From: Setoptus koraiensis
Taxonomy: Eukaryota; Animalia; Arthropoda
Direction of reading: 5' to 3'
Assembly: GCA_048013815.1 (NCBI GenBank)
Contig: CM106586.1
Coordinates: 17,608,001-17,672,000, forward strand
DNA length: 64,000 nt
This document shows, in pieces, positions 50,787-62,039 of the stretch (position 1 is its first letter; each line of letters opens with the position of its first letter). The notes beneath the pieces are model-generated. The model ran no database searches, was not told the origin of the DNA, and worked only from the letters and a program-made list of their open reading frames with translations. The translations under genes and the position numbers were made by a program.

Positions 50787-50832
50787 ATGAGTTCTCTTGT
50801 CGTCCTTCCGAAAGGACGACAAGAGATCTCAT
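50787..50832. repeat. 46-bp near-perfect palindrome (15-bp perfect stem, one mismatch, 5 further bp, 4-nt loop)
   Basis: ATGAG-T-TCTCTTGTCGTCCTT-CCGA-AAGGACGACAAGAGA-T-CTCAT. Confidence 0.9.
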
Positions 50833-51277
50833 GAAGCGCTCACTATTGTACGCGCGTGAAGAATACACCAACTTGCTCATGAGTGGGGGCAGTCACTGGG
50901 AGGGTTGTTTTGGGAGACCCTTTTTTGTCTGACTCCTTTCGTTGGGAGATGTTTCGATGAATTGAAATAAACAGGCATGGCCTATATCTGGAGACTAAGG
51001 AATACTCTTTTTCTCTAGTGTCCATCTAGAACCCCACTTATTGTGTTGGAAATAACTAACCTACAATGATCTTTTCAATAATCTATCATGGATCTTACAG
51101 TCGAAGAACAGCATCATCTTATGAATGTTATGAAAAGGGCCAATGTGAGTTTCATTGAGGCGGTGATATCTGTTTCAAAAGAAGAAAAAAAAAACACCTT
51201 CGTCTCATCTCTTTCCCACTAGCGTTCGACTTGTATATATTAATTCATGATTATATTCGATTCTCTAGGAGGAATAC

Positions 51278-51817
51278 ATGAATGATCACGAGAGAGTTAG
51301 AGGTCAACTGAGTAAATTTACCAATGCTCTACGAGGCTTCCAATACAGGTACTTTGTCTTGGACCCCATCAGGGGTACTCTCGAGTACTATCTCCCGGAT
51401 GATGTCAAACGTATTCATCCTAGAGGTTTCATCATTCTGTCTGGCAGTATCATAACGCCCAGCGATGAGGACGGCCAGACTTTCTCTGTTTGTTCTTCGT
51501 CTGGTGAAGTATACAAGCTGAGAGCCGCTGACAGTAAAGAAAGACAGTTTTGGGTTGACAGGCTACGTCAGGTGAGCCAAAATCATGAACTTAGACGTAC
51601 AAGTCAAAACACGCTCGAAGTACCCGTTGTGGCATCACTGGATGCAGTCCGCGAGATTCTTCTCCGTACAAAGAGAGACCAGAAACAGCTAGAGTTATCG
51701 ATAGAAAACTATAGTGTCGGAGATCGCGATCTCCTCACCATCAAAGCATTGAGTCAAACTGGTATGAATGCAATGGAGCAATGTTATGCAGCTCTCTATT
51801 CTTGTTACCATCCGTGA
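51278..51817 (+). CDS. OSBPL11: ORP10/ORP11-type PH domain plus coiled coil with no lipid-transfer (ORD) domain, 179 aa
   Basis: GQLSKFTNALRGFQYRYFVL..ITPSDEDGQTFSV..GEVYKLRAADSKERQFWV resembles the ORP10/11 PH; DRDLLTIKALSQTGMNAMEQCY resembles the downstream coiled coil. Confidence 0.8.
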   Translation: MNDHERVRGQLSKFTNALRGFQYRYFVLDPIRGTLEYYLPDDVKRIHPRGFIILSGSIITPSDEDGQTFSVCSSSGEVYKLRAADSKERQFWVDRLRQVSQNHELRRTSQNTLEVPVVASLDAVREILLRTKRDQKQLELSIENYSVGDRDLLTIKALSQTGMNAMEQCYAALYSCYHP

Positions 51818-52030
51818 TGGCTTTTTCATCGCCTTTTGGGTCCGTCAGCCTCACCTCCTCAAGAGCTGAAGAAGACGCCTACATAGAGTTAATGAGATTG
51901 AAAAATTATAGAGTATTTTCTGTGACAAGAAATTTAATAGTTATATGTGATGATTATAATCTGAATAATAAATTATCTCTTTTCTATAAAACATATTACA
52001 AAAAGGCAACTGAATTACATCTGGTATCAG

Positions 52031-53140
52031 TCATGAACTAGCCTGTGCCTGTAAGCCCAACAACTTTTCTACGCTCTCTCTATACGCATTTATTGCCTCA
52101 CTATCTTCTTTCACGTACAGTTTCTCTAAAGACTCTTTATATTCTCGAACACCCTCAACATCTTCCAATTTTGTATCATCACTTACATCTAAATCTTTTC
52201 TGACTCTTGAAAGGTAGTCCTTTAAGGCCTTTTTCTGATGACTTTTATCCCAATAGAATCTCTCCCAGTCACACTCTGGTTTATCATTCTCCCACTCCTC
52301 GTGTTTGTTGGATTCATAATACAAAGCTGTGAGCAGGTAATCGGCGTAGTCTTGATTTTGTCCTCTCATCGGGCACGCTTTAGCTACTATAGTCAGTTCA
52401 TCAGTTTCACAGTTATACCTTTCCGCAGCAAGACGCTTTATCTTATCTGAGGCGGTTGCGTCTAGTTCCAGATGGGAGAGTTTTATCTTAAGTTTTACGA
52501 TTCTACTTCTCTCATCTCGAATATTGGCCGTAGCATGAACATAGTCGTTTTTCACATATGTAACCGGAAAATGACTTTCGACATCTTCGTCTGTCTCTAA
52601 ACCCTCAGGCCAAGAAGTACAGAATTTCTTTAGTGCATTGCAATGCCTTTCGATAGCTTTTGGTGTCAGGTGCAGAAAGTTTGGTATTTTGAGCAGTTCG
52701 GTATTTGCATACTTTCCTAATGGTACATTCCTTTTTGTATCATCGATGTAGCTCTGTCTTATTGGTAGGGGCACGGTTGATGGGCTAAAAGTACGAGCTG
52801 TTGGCCACACAGATGGCCAGTCTTGATCATATTTCATTGTATGCTCTCTGTGCAAGAGATTACTTCTCCATTCCGGAACAGGCCGATCTGGTCTAGTGGG
52901 TGGCTTGAGATAATCTACACCAGAAGGTCTAGGTTTGAATTTTAAAATGGGATAACCCTCATCATTGAATTCCTGATCAGCTTGAGGGTACCGTTTTTTC
53001 TGCTTTTCCGACATAGGTGGCCTGTCTTCCGGCTTGAATGGCTTCATGCTCACACCTGTACCACTCAAGCATCTTGGAAGTGTCTGGGTAAGGGGGCTAC
53101 AAGAGCGCCGACTTGATCTGCAAAAAACTACAAATAACAT
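52031..53140 (-). CDS. MRPS35: Mitochondrial ribosomal protein S35 (mS35), 369 aa
   Basis: DQDWPSVWP..PSTVPLPIRQ..NTELLKIPNFLHLTPKAIERHCNALKKFCTSWP..CPMRGQNQDYADYLLTALYYES. Confidence 0.95.
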   Translation of the reverse strand: MLFVVFCRSSRRSCSPLTQTLPRCLSGTGVSMKPFKPEDRPPMSEKQKKRYPQADQEFNDEGYPILKFKPRPSGVDYLKPPTRPDRPVPEWRSNLLHREHTMKYDQDWPSVWPTARTFSPSTVPLPIRQSYIDDTKRNVPLGKYANTELLKIPNFLHLTPKAIERHCNALKKFCTSWPEGLETDEDVESHFPVTYVKNDYVHATANIRDERSRIVKLKIKLSHLELDATASDKIKRLAAERYNCETDELTIVAKACPMRGQNQDYADYLLTALYYESNKHEEWENDKPECDWERFYWDKSHQKKALKDYLSRVRKDLDVSDDTKLEDVEGVREYKESLEKLYVKEDSEAINAYRESVEKLLGLQAQASS

Positions 53141-53484
53141 ATCAACGTTTGAGAGATCAATAACTGCAGTGAAGAATTATTTGTTTGGTTTCATGAACCC
53201 ATTAGATAGGATGTACTATTAGGTGGATATTATATTAAATATAACATATTTTGATCCTTTTGCATGATCACATCCGTACATTATATTGGTCGAACTCGTC
53301 TAAGTCCAGCTGTTTGCCGATGGTTCATCAGTGCACATGTGCGTTCATTACATGTGATTTTCATCCCATCATGCAATAACAAACGCTTTGTATCAACAAT
53401 TGCTTTACATGCAGAGAATCAAAAGAAAACGATTATTAAATTCATTGTATCTATTCACATATGCATATTTCTGTATAATTTCAA

Positions 53485-55032
53485 ATGGACAAGGATTCTG
53501 GGGAAAGCAATGCCGCGACTGCCTGCGAACACCCGTCCGATGAGGGCAATTTGATTGATGCAAACCTGCGGCGTGAAAGCCTTGAAGGAATGACGCCAAA
53601 CATTGAACCGACGATAGATAAAGACACCTCACAATCTCTCTTACTGCGACCAGAATTGTTCGCAGACAAGATCATGCTAGCCCCAATGGTTCGGATAAAC
53701 GGTTTACCATTCCGTTTGATGGCTCTAGATTACGGTGCTGATTTAGTATATTCCGAGGAGCTCATCGACTACAGGTTGGCGGAATCTCACCGTGTTGTCA
53801 ACAAGGAGTTAGGCACGATAGATTTCGTCGATGCTGAAAATGAAGTTATCTTTAGAACTTGCCCTAAGGAAAGAGATCGCCTGATTCTTCAAATAGGCTC
53901 AAACGACCCGGAACGCGCACTCAAGGCTGTTAGATTGGTCGCGAACGATGTCATGGCAATTGATTTTAATTTTGGTTGCCCAAAGTCTTTCTCACTAAAA
54001 GGAGGCATGGGTGCTGCTCTTCTTACACAACCAGAGAAGATAAGGGCTCTATTAACTAAGGTTATCAGTAGTGTTGATCTACCTGTTACTTGTAAAATAC
54101 GTGTCTTGCCAAATCTTGAAGACACACTCAAGTTAGTCAAATTAATAGAATCATGCGGAGTTTCAGCCATAGGTGTTCATGGAAGAACAAAATTTGAGAG
54201 ACCTAGACACAAAAATAGGAATGACTTCATAACCGCAATAGTTAATGAAATCGATATACCTGTGATAGCAAGTGGAGGTTCGGCGGAAATAAAATCATTT
54301 CAAGAAATTTTAAATTTCAGATCGGAAACTAAAGCTTCGTCTGTCATGTTAGCCCGAGCTGCTCTTAAGAATTGTTCAATCTTCAAGCGTGATAACAAGC
54401 TCCTTGATATTGAGACATTGATCAAGGATTATCTCAGACTAGCTATAGACTACGACAATTTCTTTTCTAACACGAAGTTCACAATACAAAATTTTTTAGC
54501 CTACAATGGCATGGTTGATAACGAGAGGGGAACGGCTTTTCTGGCAGCTACGGACACTAAAACTATATGCTCATTATTTGAAATGTCGGACTATTTTGCC
54601 TCTAGGCAATCTTCAACAGGAAAACGCCAGTTTGAGAAAGATTCTGATCAAATAACGATAGACGATATTATAAAGAAAAGAGTTAAGCTCAACGATCAAA
54701 ATGATCTTCCAGATTTGATCTCTGATTCTATAAGTTATGACAGGAATTTATTCAATAATCCTTATGACGTCCCAAAAGCGAAACTGATGCGCTTCGCCCA
54801 ACAAATGCGTGTGCCAAATCCGACATTCGAGATCATTCAATTGAGCAACCATTACTTCTATTCAATTGTCACGTTTGATCAGAAGCAATATTTGAACAAA
54901 GCTTGGGCAAAAAACAAGAAGAATGCAGAACACGCCTCTGCAATGATCGCTTGTAAGCAACATAACTTAATCGACATAGAAAATTACAAATCACGTCTGG
55001 ATTACGGCCACAAGAAGAGGCTCGCTGACTAA
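53485..55032 (+). CDS. DUS2: tRNA-dihydrouridine(20) synthase 2 with C-terminal dsRBD, 515 aa
   Basis: IMLAPMVR, LVYSEELID, LQIGSND, DFNFGCPK (catalytic Cys), GMGAALL, VTCKIR, VHGRT; dsRBD-like PKAKL..KNKKNAEHASA. Confidence 0.95.
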   Translation: MDKDSGESNAATACEHPSDEGNLIDANLRRESLEGMTPNIEPTIDKDTSQSLLLRPELFADKIMLAPMVRINGLPFRLMALDYGADLVYSEELIDYRLAESHRVVNKELGTIDFVDAENEVIFRTCPKERDRLILQIGSNDPERALKAVRLVANDVMAIDFNFGCPKSFSLKGGMGAALLTQPEKIRALLTKVISSVDLPVTCKIRVLPNLEDTLKLVKLIESCGVSAIGVHGRTKFERPRHKNRNDFITAIVNEIDIPVIASGGSAEIKSFQEILNFRSETKASSVMLARAALKNCSIFKRDNKLLDIETLIKDYLRLAIDYDNFFSNTKFTIQNFLAYNGMVDNERGTAFLAATDTKTICSLFEMSDYFASRQSSTGKRQFEKDSDQITIDDIIKKRVKLNDQNDLPDLISDSISYDRNLFNNPYDVPKAKLMRFAQQMRVPNPTFEIIQLSNHYFYSIVTFDQKQYLNKAWAKNKKNAEHASAMIACKQHNLIDIENYKSRLDYGHKKRLAD

Positions 55033-55035
55033 TAT

Positions 55036-55668
55036 CTAAATGACCTTGTATTTCAGTATGTAGAGATGCTCGATGCCGGCCTTCCTGGAAAGTACCACTT
55101 CGCCAGAGATATGGAGATGCGACAGTAGATTGAGCATCTCTTCTATATTGTTTTGTTTCAATGCAACAATATATGCACATCCATTGGGTTTCTTGAGAAG
55201 CCTTGGTAGGTAATTTATCAGGAATTCGTCAATCACCTCTCGTCCGTTTTTACCACCAGCCCAAGAGCGAGCTAGATTGTTCACTGGTAGTTCGTCTGTT
55301 GGAACATACGGTGGGTTGAATATGACAACATCCACACTGTTTTCTAACCTGTCTATAAGACCGTCCAGGTATCTTGTGTTCACAACTTGAATGTTATCGA
55401 CGAAGTTAGAGTGAGCACACTTCAGAGTGGTCATGCAAGCCTTCGGATTTAGATCGGTGGCAAAGAAGATTCCCTTGAGAGCTTTGGACAACGCTGTTAT
55501 TATCACTCCTGATCCTGAGCCACATTCCACAAATATTTTTATACCGTCCCTGAGAAAATCTAAATCTTTCTCCAAAGCATCTAATAACAAAAAAGAGTCT
55601 TCTGCTGGTTCATAAACGTCTTCGAAGTCCCCTTCGAAGATACTCCTACTGAATGTTGGCGTTTCCAT
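55036..55668 (-). CDS. N6AMT1: N6AMT1/HEMK2 (eRF1 glutamine methyltransferase), 210 aa
   Basis: DVYEPAEDSFLLLDALEKD, ECGSGSG SAM motif, FNPPYVPT, SWAGGKNGREV. Confidence 0.95.
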   Translation of the reverse strand: METPTFSRSIFEGDFEDVYEPAEDSFLLLDALEKDLDFLRDGIKIFVECGSGSGVIITALSKALKGIFFATDLNPKACMTTLKCAHSNFVDNIQVVNTRYLDGLIDRLENSVDVVIFNPPYVPTDELPVNNLARSWAGGKNGREVIDEFLINYLPRLLKKPNGCAYIVALKQNNIEEMLNLLSHLHISGEVVLSRKAGIEHLYILKYKVI

Positions 55669-56246
55669 GATTCAATACTATTTTTACTAAGACGAGAAGG
55701 TTGGCAGAATTAATGAAATTACAATAATGTGGCGAAAGTGATGTTTTTATCAATCTAGAAAAAACATGTACATGCAAAATATCGCTTTGGATTGAATAGA
55801 ATCAATGAAGAAAACCCTCTCACACAGGCAATGTCTGTTCTAAAATCCAGATCAGTCCAAAAAATAAAATTGACTCGAGCATGTTCTCTTGACTGATTTT
55901 AGTTGTCAATAAAATATTGCAAAATTACATGGAAATCGTCAGACTAATCTTCTGTAAGAAAAGAAGGTTGACAAGATCGTCTTTTCTCATAATTTGTCAG
56001 GCATAGGGAACTTTTTAAGAAGTTTCATAGATCATGATTTATATGACATAAACTGGAAAAAACGTACTTTGAATTTCGCGGTACTTTGGCACAAGGAGCG
56101 TGCTGAGGCAACCTGCAGATATCATTGTTTATAAAATACAGTTGCGACCATCCACTCGACCTCGCAACTTGACTCACACTTTTAGCGACATTGGATCTGT
56201 GATCATCTATTTTGAAGTTATTTTCTAGCTAATCAATTGTAGCAAG

Positions 56247-57095
56247 ATGGAGCCGGAAAAGGCCGGAGAGGCCTCCACATCTCTGGCCAGCTCAAGAAGT
56301 CGGCGTGTCAACGCCGGTAGCAAGATGTCTCAGATGATACAAGCAGAAGAGGATGAATTCTACACCAGCACATACGGTGGTTTTACCGAAGAGGAGGATG
56401 ACAACGACTTCAAAGAGAGTGACGATAACAACGATGTTGAAGAGGATTATGAAGTAGATTCTGATTTCAGTATTGATGAGACAGACGAGATTGTTGAAAT
56501 AGAGGAGGATGATGGCAAAAAGAAGACCAACCGTGGTACTTTATCGACACGTGCTTACAAAGAACCAAAGAAGATATCTAAGCCCAAGAAAAAGAAAGAC
56601 AAGCCAGCCACTGCACCAACCAAAGAAACTTCTGTTCCATCCAAGAGAGAATCTAGTGTAACATTTGTCACACCAACTAAAGGTTCGACTTCAACATTCA
56701 ATCGAACTTTCCGAGAATCGACCAAGAAGAAAACTGAGCAAACTATGATACGTGTACAACAAGCCAAACGTTCAAGAAGAAGAACTAGGAAGACAGCCAA
56801 TTATAAGCCATTAACTCAAGAAGAACTTCTTAAAGAAGCCAAGAAAACAGAGCAAGAAAATCTCAAAAGTCTGGAGTTTTATCAAAAATTGGAGTCGGAA
56901 AGAATCAAAAGAACAAAGCTAATCAAACGTGTGATCAAAGGTCCATTCATACGATATCAGTCGTTATCTATGCCTATAATAGATAACAACTCGGAACAAT
57001 CAAATAATGTAGATTCTCAAGCCCGCTACACGAGAAATTTCATAACCTTCTCGGATGAGTCGATTTTTCAAAATTTTCAAAAACCTTCGAAGTGA
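56247..57095 (+). CDS. VPS72: VPS72/YL1 H2A.Z chaperone, 282 aa, apparently lacking the YL1_C domain
   Basis: RSRRVNAGSKM..EEDEFYTSTYGGF..DSDFSIDE, LTQEELLKEAKKTEQENLKSL, GPFIRYQS, RNFITFSD. Confidence 0.9.
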   Translation: MEPEKAGEASTSLASSRSRRVNAGSKMSQMIQAEEDEFYTSTYGGFTEEEDDNDFKESDDNNDVEEDYEVDSDFSIDETDEIVEIEEDDGKKKTNRGTLSTRAYKEPKKISKPKKKKDKPATAPTKETSVPSKRESSVTFVTPTKGSTSTFNRTFRESTKKKTEQTMIRVQQAKRSRRRTRKTANYKPLTQEELLKEAKKTEQENLKSLEFYQKLESERIKRTKLIKRVIKGPFIRYQSLSMPIIDNNSEQSNNVDSQARYTRNFITFSDESIFQNFQKPSK

Positions 57096-57172
57096 GGCGG
57101 ATAATTGTATTATCTCTAGAGCGTATGTAAATAAAAAAGTTGTGATTAATGTATTGATCTTGTTTGAGATAG

Positions 57173-58189
57173 CTATAGTATTTTATCCACAATTCTTCTT
57201 TCAGGTAATACTCCTTTGAGGGCTCGGGTGTTAATTGTCGAATGGTGTCTGCTATGAAGGACATTGAACTTTGAGGCGAACTGATTCAGAGTATTTGAGG
57301 TTTTTGCTAGTACACCTAAGAACGTTCTAAGCATGGTTTCATTGAATTGGCAATTCATGCTCTGGTAATATTCAAAGGAGTCCGATATGGGAAACTGTTG
57401 AGTTAATCTTGATATGTCACACATGATCTCATGATTGTATTCTAGAGTGCCGGCATGAACATCTTTGATATATTTAGATATTATCTTGACTCGCTCCGTA
57501 AGCATCTTCAAAGCGTTATATAGTGAACGAAGATTGTCACAAGCACCTGATGGACCAGATTCATTTTGGTTACTATTTGCTAGACCCAAACGACGCTTAG
57601 TAAAAGATTGACAAATATTATTGGTTATTTTGGCGTTGTGTTCTAGACCAATCATCTCTGCTTCATCTGTAATCATTGACCAGCCTACCGGAACGAATCC
57701 CATAGTGGCAACACCATTGACTACATCTATAACTGACTCATAAACTTTAATAGGTAATGCGCCTGATGTGTTTGTGCTATTCATTCTTTGATATGGGTCT
57801 AATTTGAGGAATATCGGGTTCGACATGAGCTCACCAATTTGTACTTGTAATTCTTTATCGGCCTCTGATGGTTGGTTTTCATTTGTGCTAGTGGTAGCGT
57901 ACCATCCGATGAACTCGGAGCCCAAGGACACTTGCTTGACGAGAGGCTCTACCTTGGAGAAATAGTCCTTGTCAAGCTGAATGGATGGGCTGCCATTTGG
58001 ATTGGATATATAGTTGAGTTCAAAAGAGTCCGTGATTTCTACATTTCTTCCATCTTGTTTGCCTAGTAGTGCTCCAATAACAATATGGGGCACATGTTTT
58101 ATGGCCCGACTTCTGGTATGATGCTCTGATATGTTCATCATAACAGATGGATGAATTTGAATATTGTTGGTCTGCCTGAATGAAGACAT
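57173..58189 (-). CDS. COPS6: COP9 signalosome subunit 6 (MPN-minus), 338 aa, intronless
   Basis: IHPSVMMNISEHHTR..IVIGALLGKQDGRNVEITDSFEL, FIGWYAT, PIFLKLDP, LPIKVYESVID, TDEAEMIGLEH. Confidence 0.9.
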   Translation of the reverse strand: MSSFRQTNNIQIHPSVMMNISEHHTRSRAIKHVPHIVIGALLGKQDGRNVEITDSFELNYISNPNGSPSIQLDKDYFSKVEPLVKQVSLGSEFIGWYATTSTNENQPSEADKELQVQIGELMSNPIFLKLDPYQRMNSTNTSGALPIKVYESVIDVVNGVATMGFVPVGWSMITDEAEMIGLEHNAKITNNICQSFTKRRLGLANSNQNESGPSGACDNLRSLYNALKMLTERVKIISKYIKDVHAGTLEYNHEIMCDISRLTQQFPISDSFEYYQSMNCQFNETMLRTFLGVLAKTSNTLNQFASKFNVLHSRHHSTINTRALKGVLPERRIVDKIL

Positions 58190-58424
58190 CTCGCAGACTG
58201 TGAGCTAGATACACAGATTAGTATTATCAACCGTTTGTCGGTGAGTTCTCGGATAAGATTTTCACATGCGGATGTTATCGTGAGGTATTTAGTCGAACAA
58301 TGGGATCGGCGTCAAGAATTTATCTAAATATAATCGTTTTTTATTTCTGATCAGCATGTCAGCGCTCTTGAGGCTGAAAATACGCTCAAATTGCACATAC
58401 TGACGCACAAACGCCCATCACGAA

Positions 58425-58449
58425 AGTGTGTGTGTGTGTGTGTGTTCGT

Positions 58450-58480
<31 letters not shown>

Positions 58481-58482
58481 CG
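58425..58482. repeat. (TG)n/(TGCG) dinucleotide microsatellite
   Basis: Read directly from the sequence. Confidence 0.9.
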
Positions 58483-58992
58483 TAAAGTGTCCGCCTAAAG
58501 ATTCTTATGAGATTTTGCAAAATGCACACTTGCTGCACATGAACGCTCAATCGCACGCCAGTCTAATAATATCATTGGTGTGGGTGGGCTGCATTTCAAA
58601 GAAAAAGAAAACCAGTGACAGTGCACACTGTCTCTTCAAGCCTCTAGGAATTGGACAATGGATTATTTTGTAATTGGATGTCTCTCTTTGAACTGCTTAT
58701 TGTTACGACAAATACGTTACACATGTGAACTCTACGAAAGTCGATGTTTATTTATTTATATTTATTGTTATCTAATAATTTTTGCATTTCACATAATATT
58801 ATTTCTTATGATATTAACCAAACAAAGGAGCAACAATCATATGGAGTGACTTGTCGAGTTGCCATCATTGGAATTAGCATTTACACTACTGCTGGGAAAA
58901 TTTTACAACATACACAAACAATCATTTGAAGATTACTACACCACTGATCTTCCGTATCTAGATATTAAACGGCAGTTCAATCTCTCCTTGTC

Positions 58993-60921
58993 ATGGGAGG
59001 TCCTTGCCATCCCTTCAAATGGGATGAATCTATCAAGAATCACCGCATCGTAGATGTCATAATTATAGGCGCCGGATTAAGTGGTAGGTCTCACGAGGGG
59101 CTCTCATTGTTTTTTGATAACATCATATTATATCTAGATTAAAGTGCTGTTTATCAGTTCGATAAGCACTTGCAAGCGATTCACAACCACCGACTAACTA
59201 AAGCAAAAAAAAATCTCCCATTTTACAGGTTTGAATGCGGCCAAAATATGCCATGACTCAAGCCTGAATGTTTTAGTTTTAGAGGCACGTAATAGGGTTG
59301 GTGGACGCACCCTCTCAGATGACGATGGCTGTGATCTAGGTGGTGCTTATATTACACACGATCAAATATTAATGATGAATCTTGTCCATGAACTAGGTCT
59401 CAAAATGCACCCCATAGCAATGGAATCGGTTGGTACTTCTATATATTATAGCTCATCATCGAAAAGAAGCTATAGACCGACGTCTCACAATCGCAATGCT
59501 TTCCCCCTATCAAGTTGGTTGAACATATTTGTTAAGCTTGACTTTTTAAATACTCGATATAAGATTGACTCTATGTGTAACCAAGTACCTTTATTGGATC
59601 CATGGAACGCAAAAAAAGCTCTTGAATGGGATTCAAAGACCTTTAGGCAATTCATTGAGAACGAATGCTGTGTAACAGATCATGTGAAACAATTCTTCCT
59701 GAACTTTTTCACTCTAATCAATGCCACCAACGAACCAGAGGAGGTTTCATTGTTATATATGCTTTGGTATATTCGTAGTTGGGGAGGTCTTGATGGTACC
59801 ATAGGGTTAGGAAACAATCCATCGGCCAGAGTGGTTGGCGGCTCGCAACTAGTGTCCAAAAGATTGATGCAGCAAATCGGTGAAGAGAGGATACTTTTGA
59901 ATAAAGCCGCATTTTATATCGACCAAAGCTCCCTCAAAGACAAAGTAATTGTAAGGACAACGGACGGAAGTACCTACGTTTCAACACATGTAATCATTGC
60001 TATTCCCCCAAATCTTCAATCCTCTATCACCCATCAGCCTCCCCTATCTGACATGCGCAAGCAACTATTGCAACGCATGCCGGCTGGCTATTGTACAAAA
60101 GTAATCCTATACTATGATAAACCGCACTGGTCAAAAAATGGTGCTAGTGGCACTATGATGGTAGTGCAACCCGACACTACTCTCGCAAAGAAAGACAAGT
60201 CGTGCAATCGTAATAGATCTGAAAAAACGGACCAGCTTCTCCCTGCAACATTGACTGTAGCGGACTATACAGAATCACGACCAGCCTTGATAGGCTTTAT
60301 CACTGGGGCACCTTGGGTGAGATATCAGCAGATTAAGGATGTAAATGAACGCATCAGAATATTAGCTGACAGCTACTCCTCTATATTCGGTTTGAAACTA
60401 TCTAAGGTTAGTAAGAACTTGCCTCAAATCGAGGTCCTTGTGGATGATGTCAAGTTTTGATTCTCTAACAAACTTTTTGCTTACTCACTCTATTTCTATA
60501 GCCGGCATTTTTCAAAGAACAAAATTGGGTTGAAGAGGACTTCTCTCAGGGTGCGTACACATCTGTAATGGGACCTGGAACAATGACTAAATTCGGTCAA
60601 TATATCAGAGAACCTGTTGGTCGGGTTTGGTTCGCAGCTTCTGAAACGTCCACCTCTTGGGTTTGCTCTATGGAAGGAGCTGTAAGATCAGGCCGAAGAG
60701 CAGCTCGTCAAGTTCTCCAAGCAATGGGACGACTCAAGCCGGGTGAACAAGTGTATGATGTTGAAGATGTACCCCTGATTCTGACCCATACGTTTATGGA
60801 GAGACACGCAGGAACAAGCTTGAAATTACTGAAAATTGCAGGGCCGACATTGCTTCTCTTTACTTTAGCCCTTGGTTTTGGCCTCCATAAAGCAACATTC
60901 AGAATGTCAGTTAGAATTTAA
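58993..60921 (+). CDS. Flavin-containing amine oxidase (MAO-like) with C-terminal membrane anchor; exons 58993-59083, 59229-60406 and 60502-60921
   Basis: Splicing restores the Rossmann motif DVIIIGAGLSG-LNAA..VLEARNRVGGRT; DLGGAY, EVSLLYMLWY, GGSQLVS, PAGYCTKV, QNWVEEDFSQGAY, REPVGRVWFA..MEGAVRSGRRAA; hydrophobic tail. Confidence 0.9.
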
Positions 60922-62039
60922 ACTAGTGTTCAGTCATCGACATTGTGCTCAAAGGTAAAACAGATAACATTCTTCTAAGTAGAGTTCATCATGAAGATTG
61001 ATACTCAAAGCGAGGCTTGCCTGAAATCATTATAACATTCATAGTTATGAAATTTATCATTAATGCAATCATCGTTCTGGTAGACTGCATGTCTCAATGT
61101 AATTCCAAAAACCAATATATCAAGTGATCCCTCGTACAATATCAGCTCGAATACCAAGTTTTTATTTGATTCATTGAGTAAAAACTTCTTTGCTGGAAGA
61201 ACCTGACTAGTTTTTGTCTTCTTGTGCTCGAACAATTCTTACATGCTGAACATTTCTTCGGAGTAACATTTTGTAGAACAATAGCTAAACTACATGTCTA
61301 TAATATCGCACAACTTCTATTGAATATATAATATGAAATGTATAGACACAATGTTGTTTCATAGGATGTTGGAATCATTTGGGGTTTCACTTGAAGATGT
61401 TTTATTTACTGTCATGAATTGTGAAGATGAAACTTTATTGTACTTGTCCGCCGACTGATAATCTACAGACCTGTGTAGGCAGAAAATAGGCGCGATAACA
61501 CAGAGCTTGATTTGGCACCTAATTTGATAGTGAAAAGAGACAAATATTATGATTTAGAGTTAAGCGACTTAGTTATGAATAGTAATCATGATCTCGGACA
61601 TCATGGCCCATTCTAAATATTTGGATATGAGAAATTAACCCGGTAGTCATACTATATTTCGTTAGTCTAGTGTGACTGAGTTATGAATTGCAAGCATAAA
61701 TCATGTTGGTATACAAGAATTGCTAGTCCCGTTGGAAGCAGACTTAGCTGCTTCAATTATATAAGCTTGGCAAGTACTGGTTTGACGACAAATACTTTAC
61801 TAGTTGACTAGTCTTCTAGTAAGACTAGTCTGCTGGGCTACTTGGTTGACCGAATCAAGGTATCATCTACTTGATTCGAGAAACAGAAAGAAAAAACTAG
61901 CCAATAACAAAACCATAATACATCTGTATATTAATTAAAAACAATACAGGAAACTAACTAATCAGAAACCTCACTGGCTACTCAACTAAATACTGTATGA
62001 TGGTCTGCTTGATTTGTTGATGATGCTAATAAGACTTAC

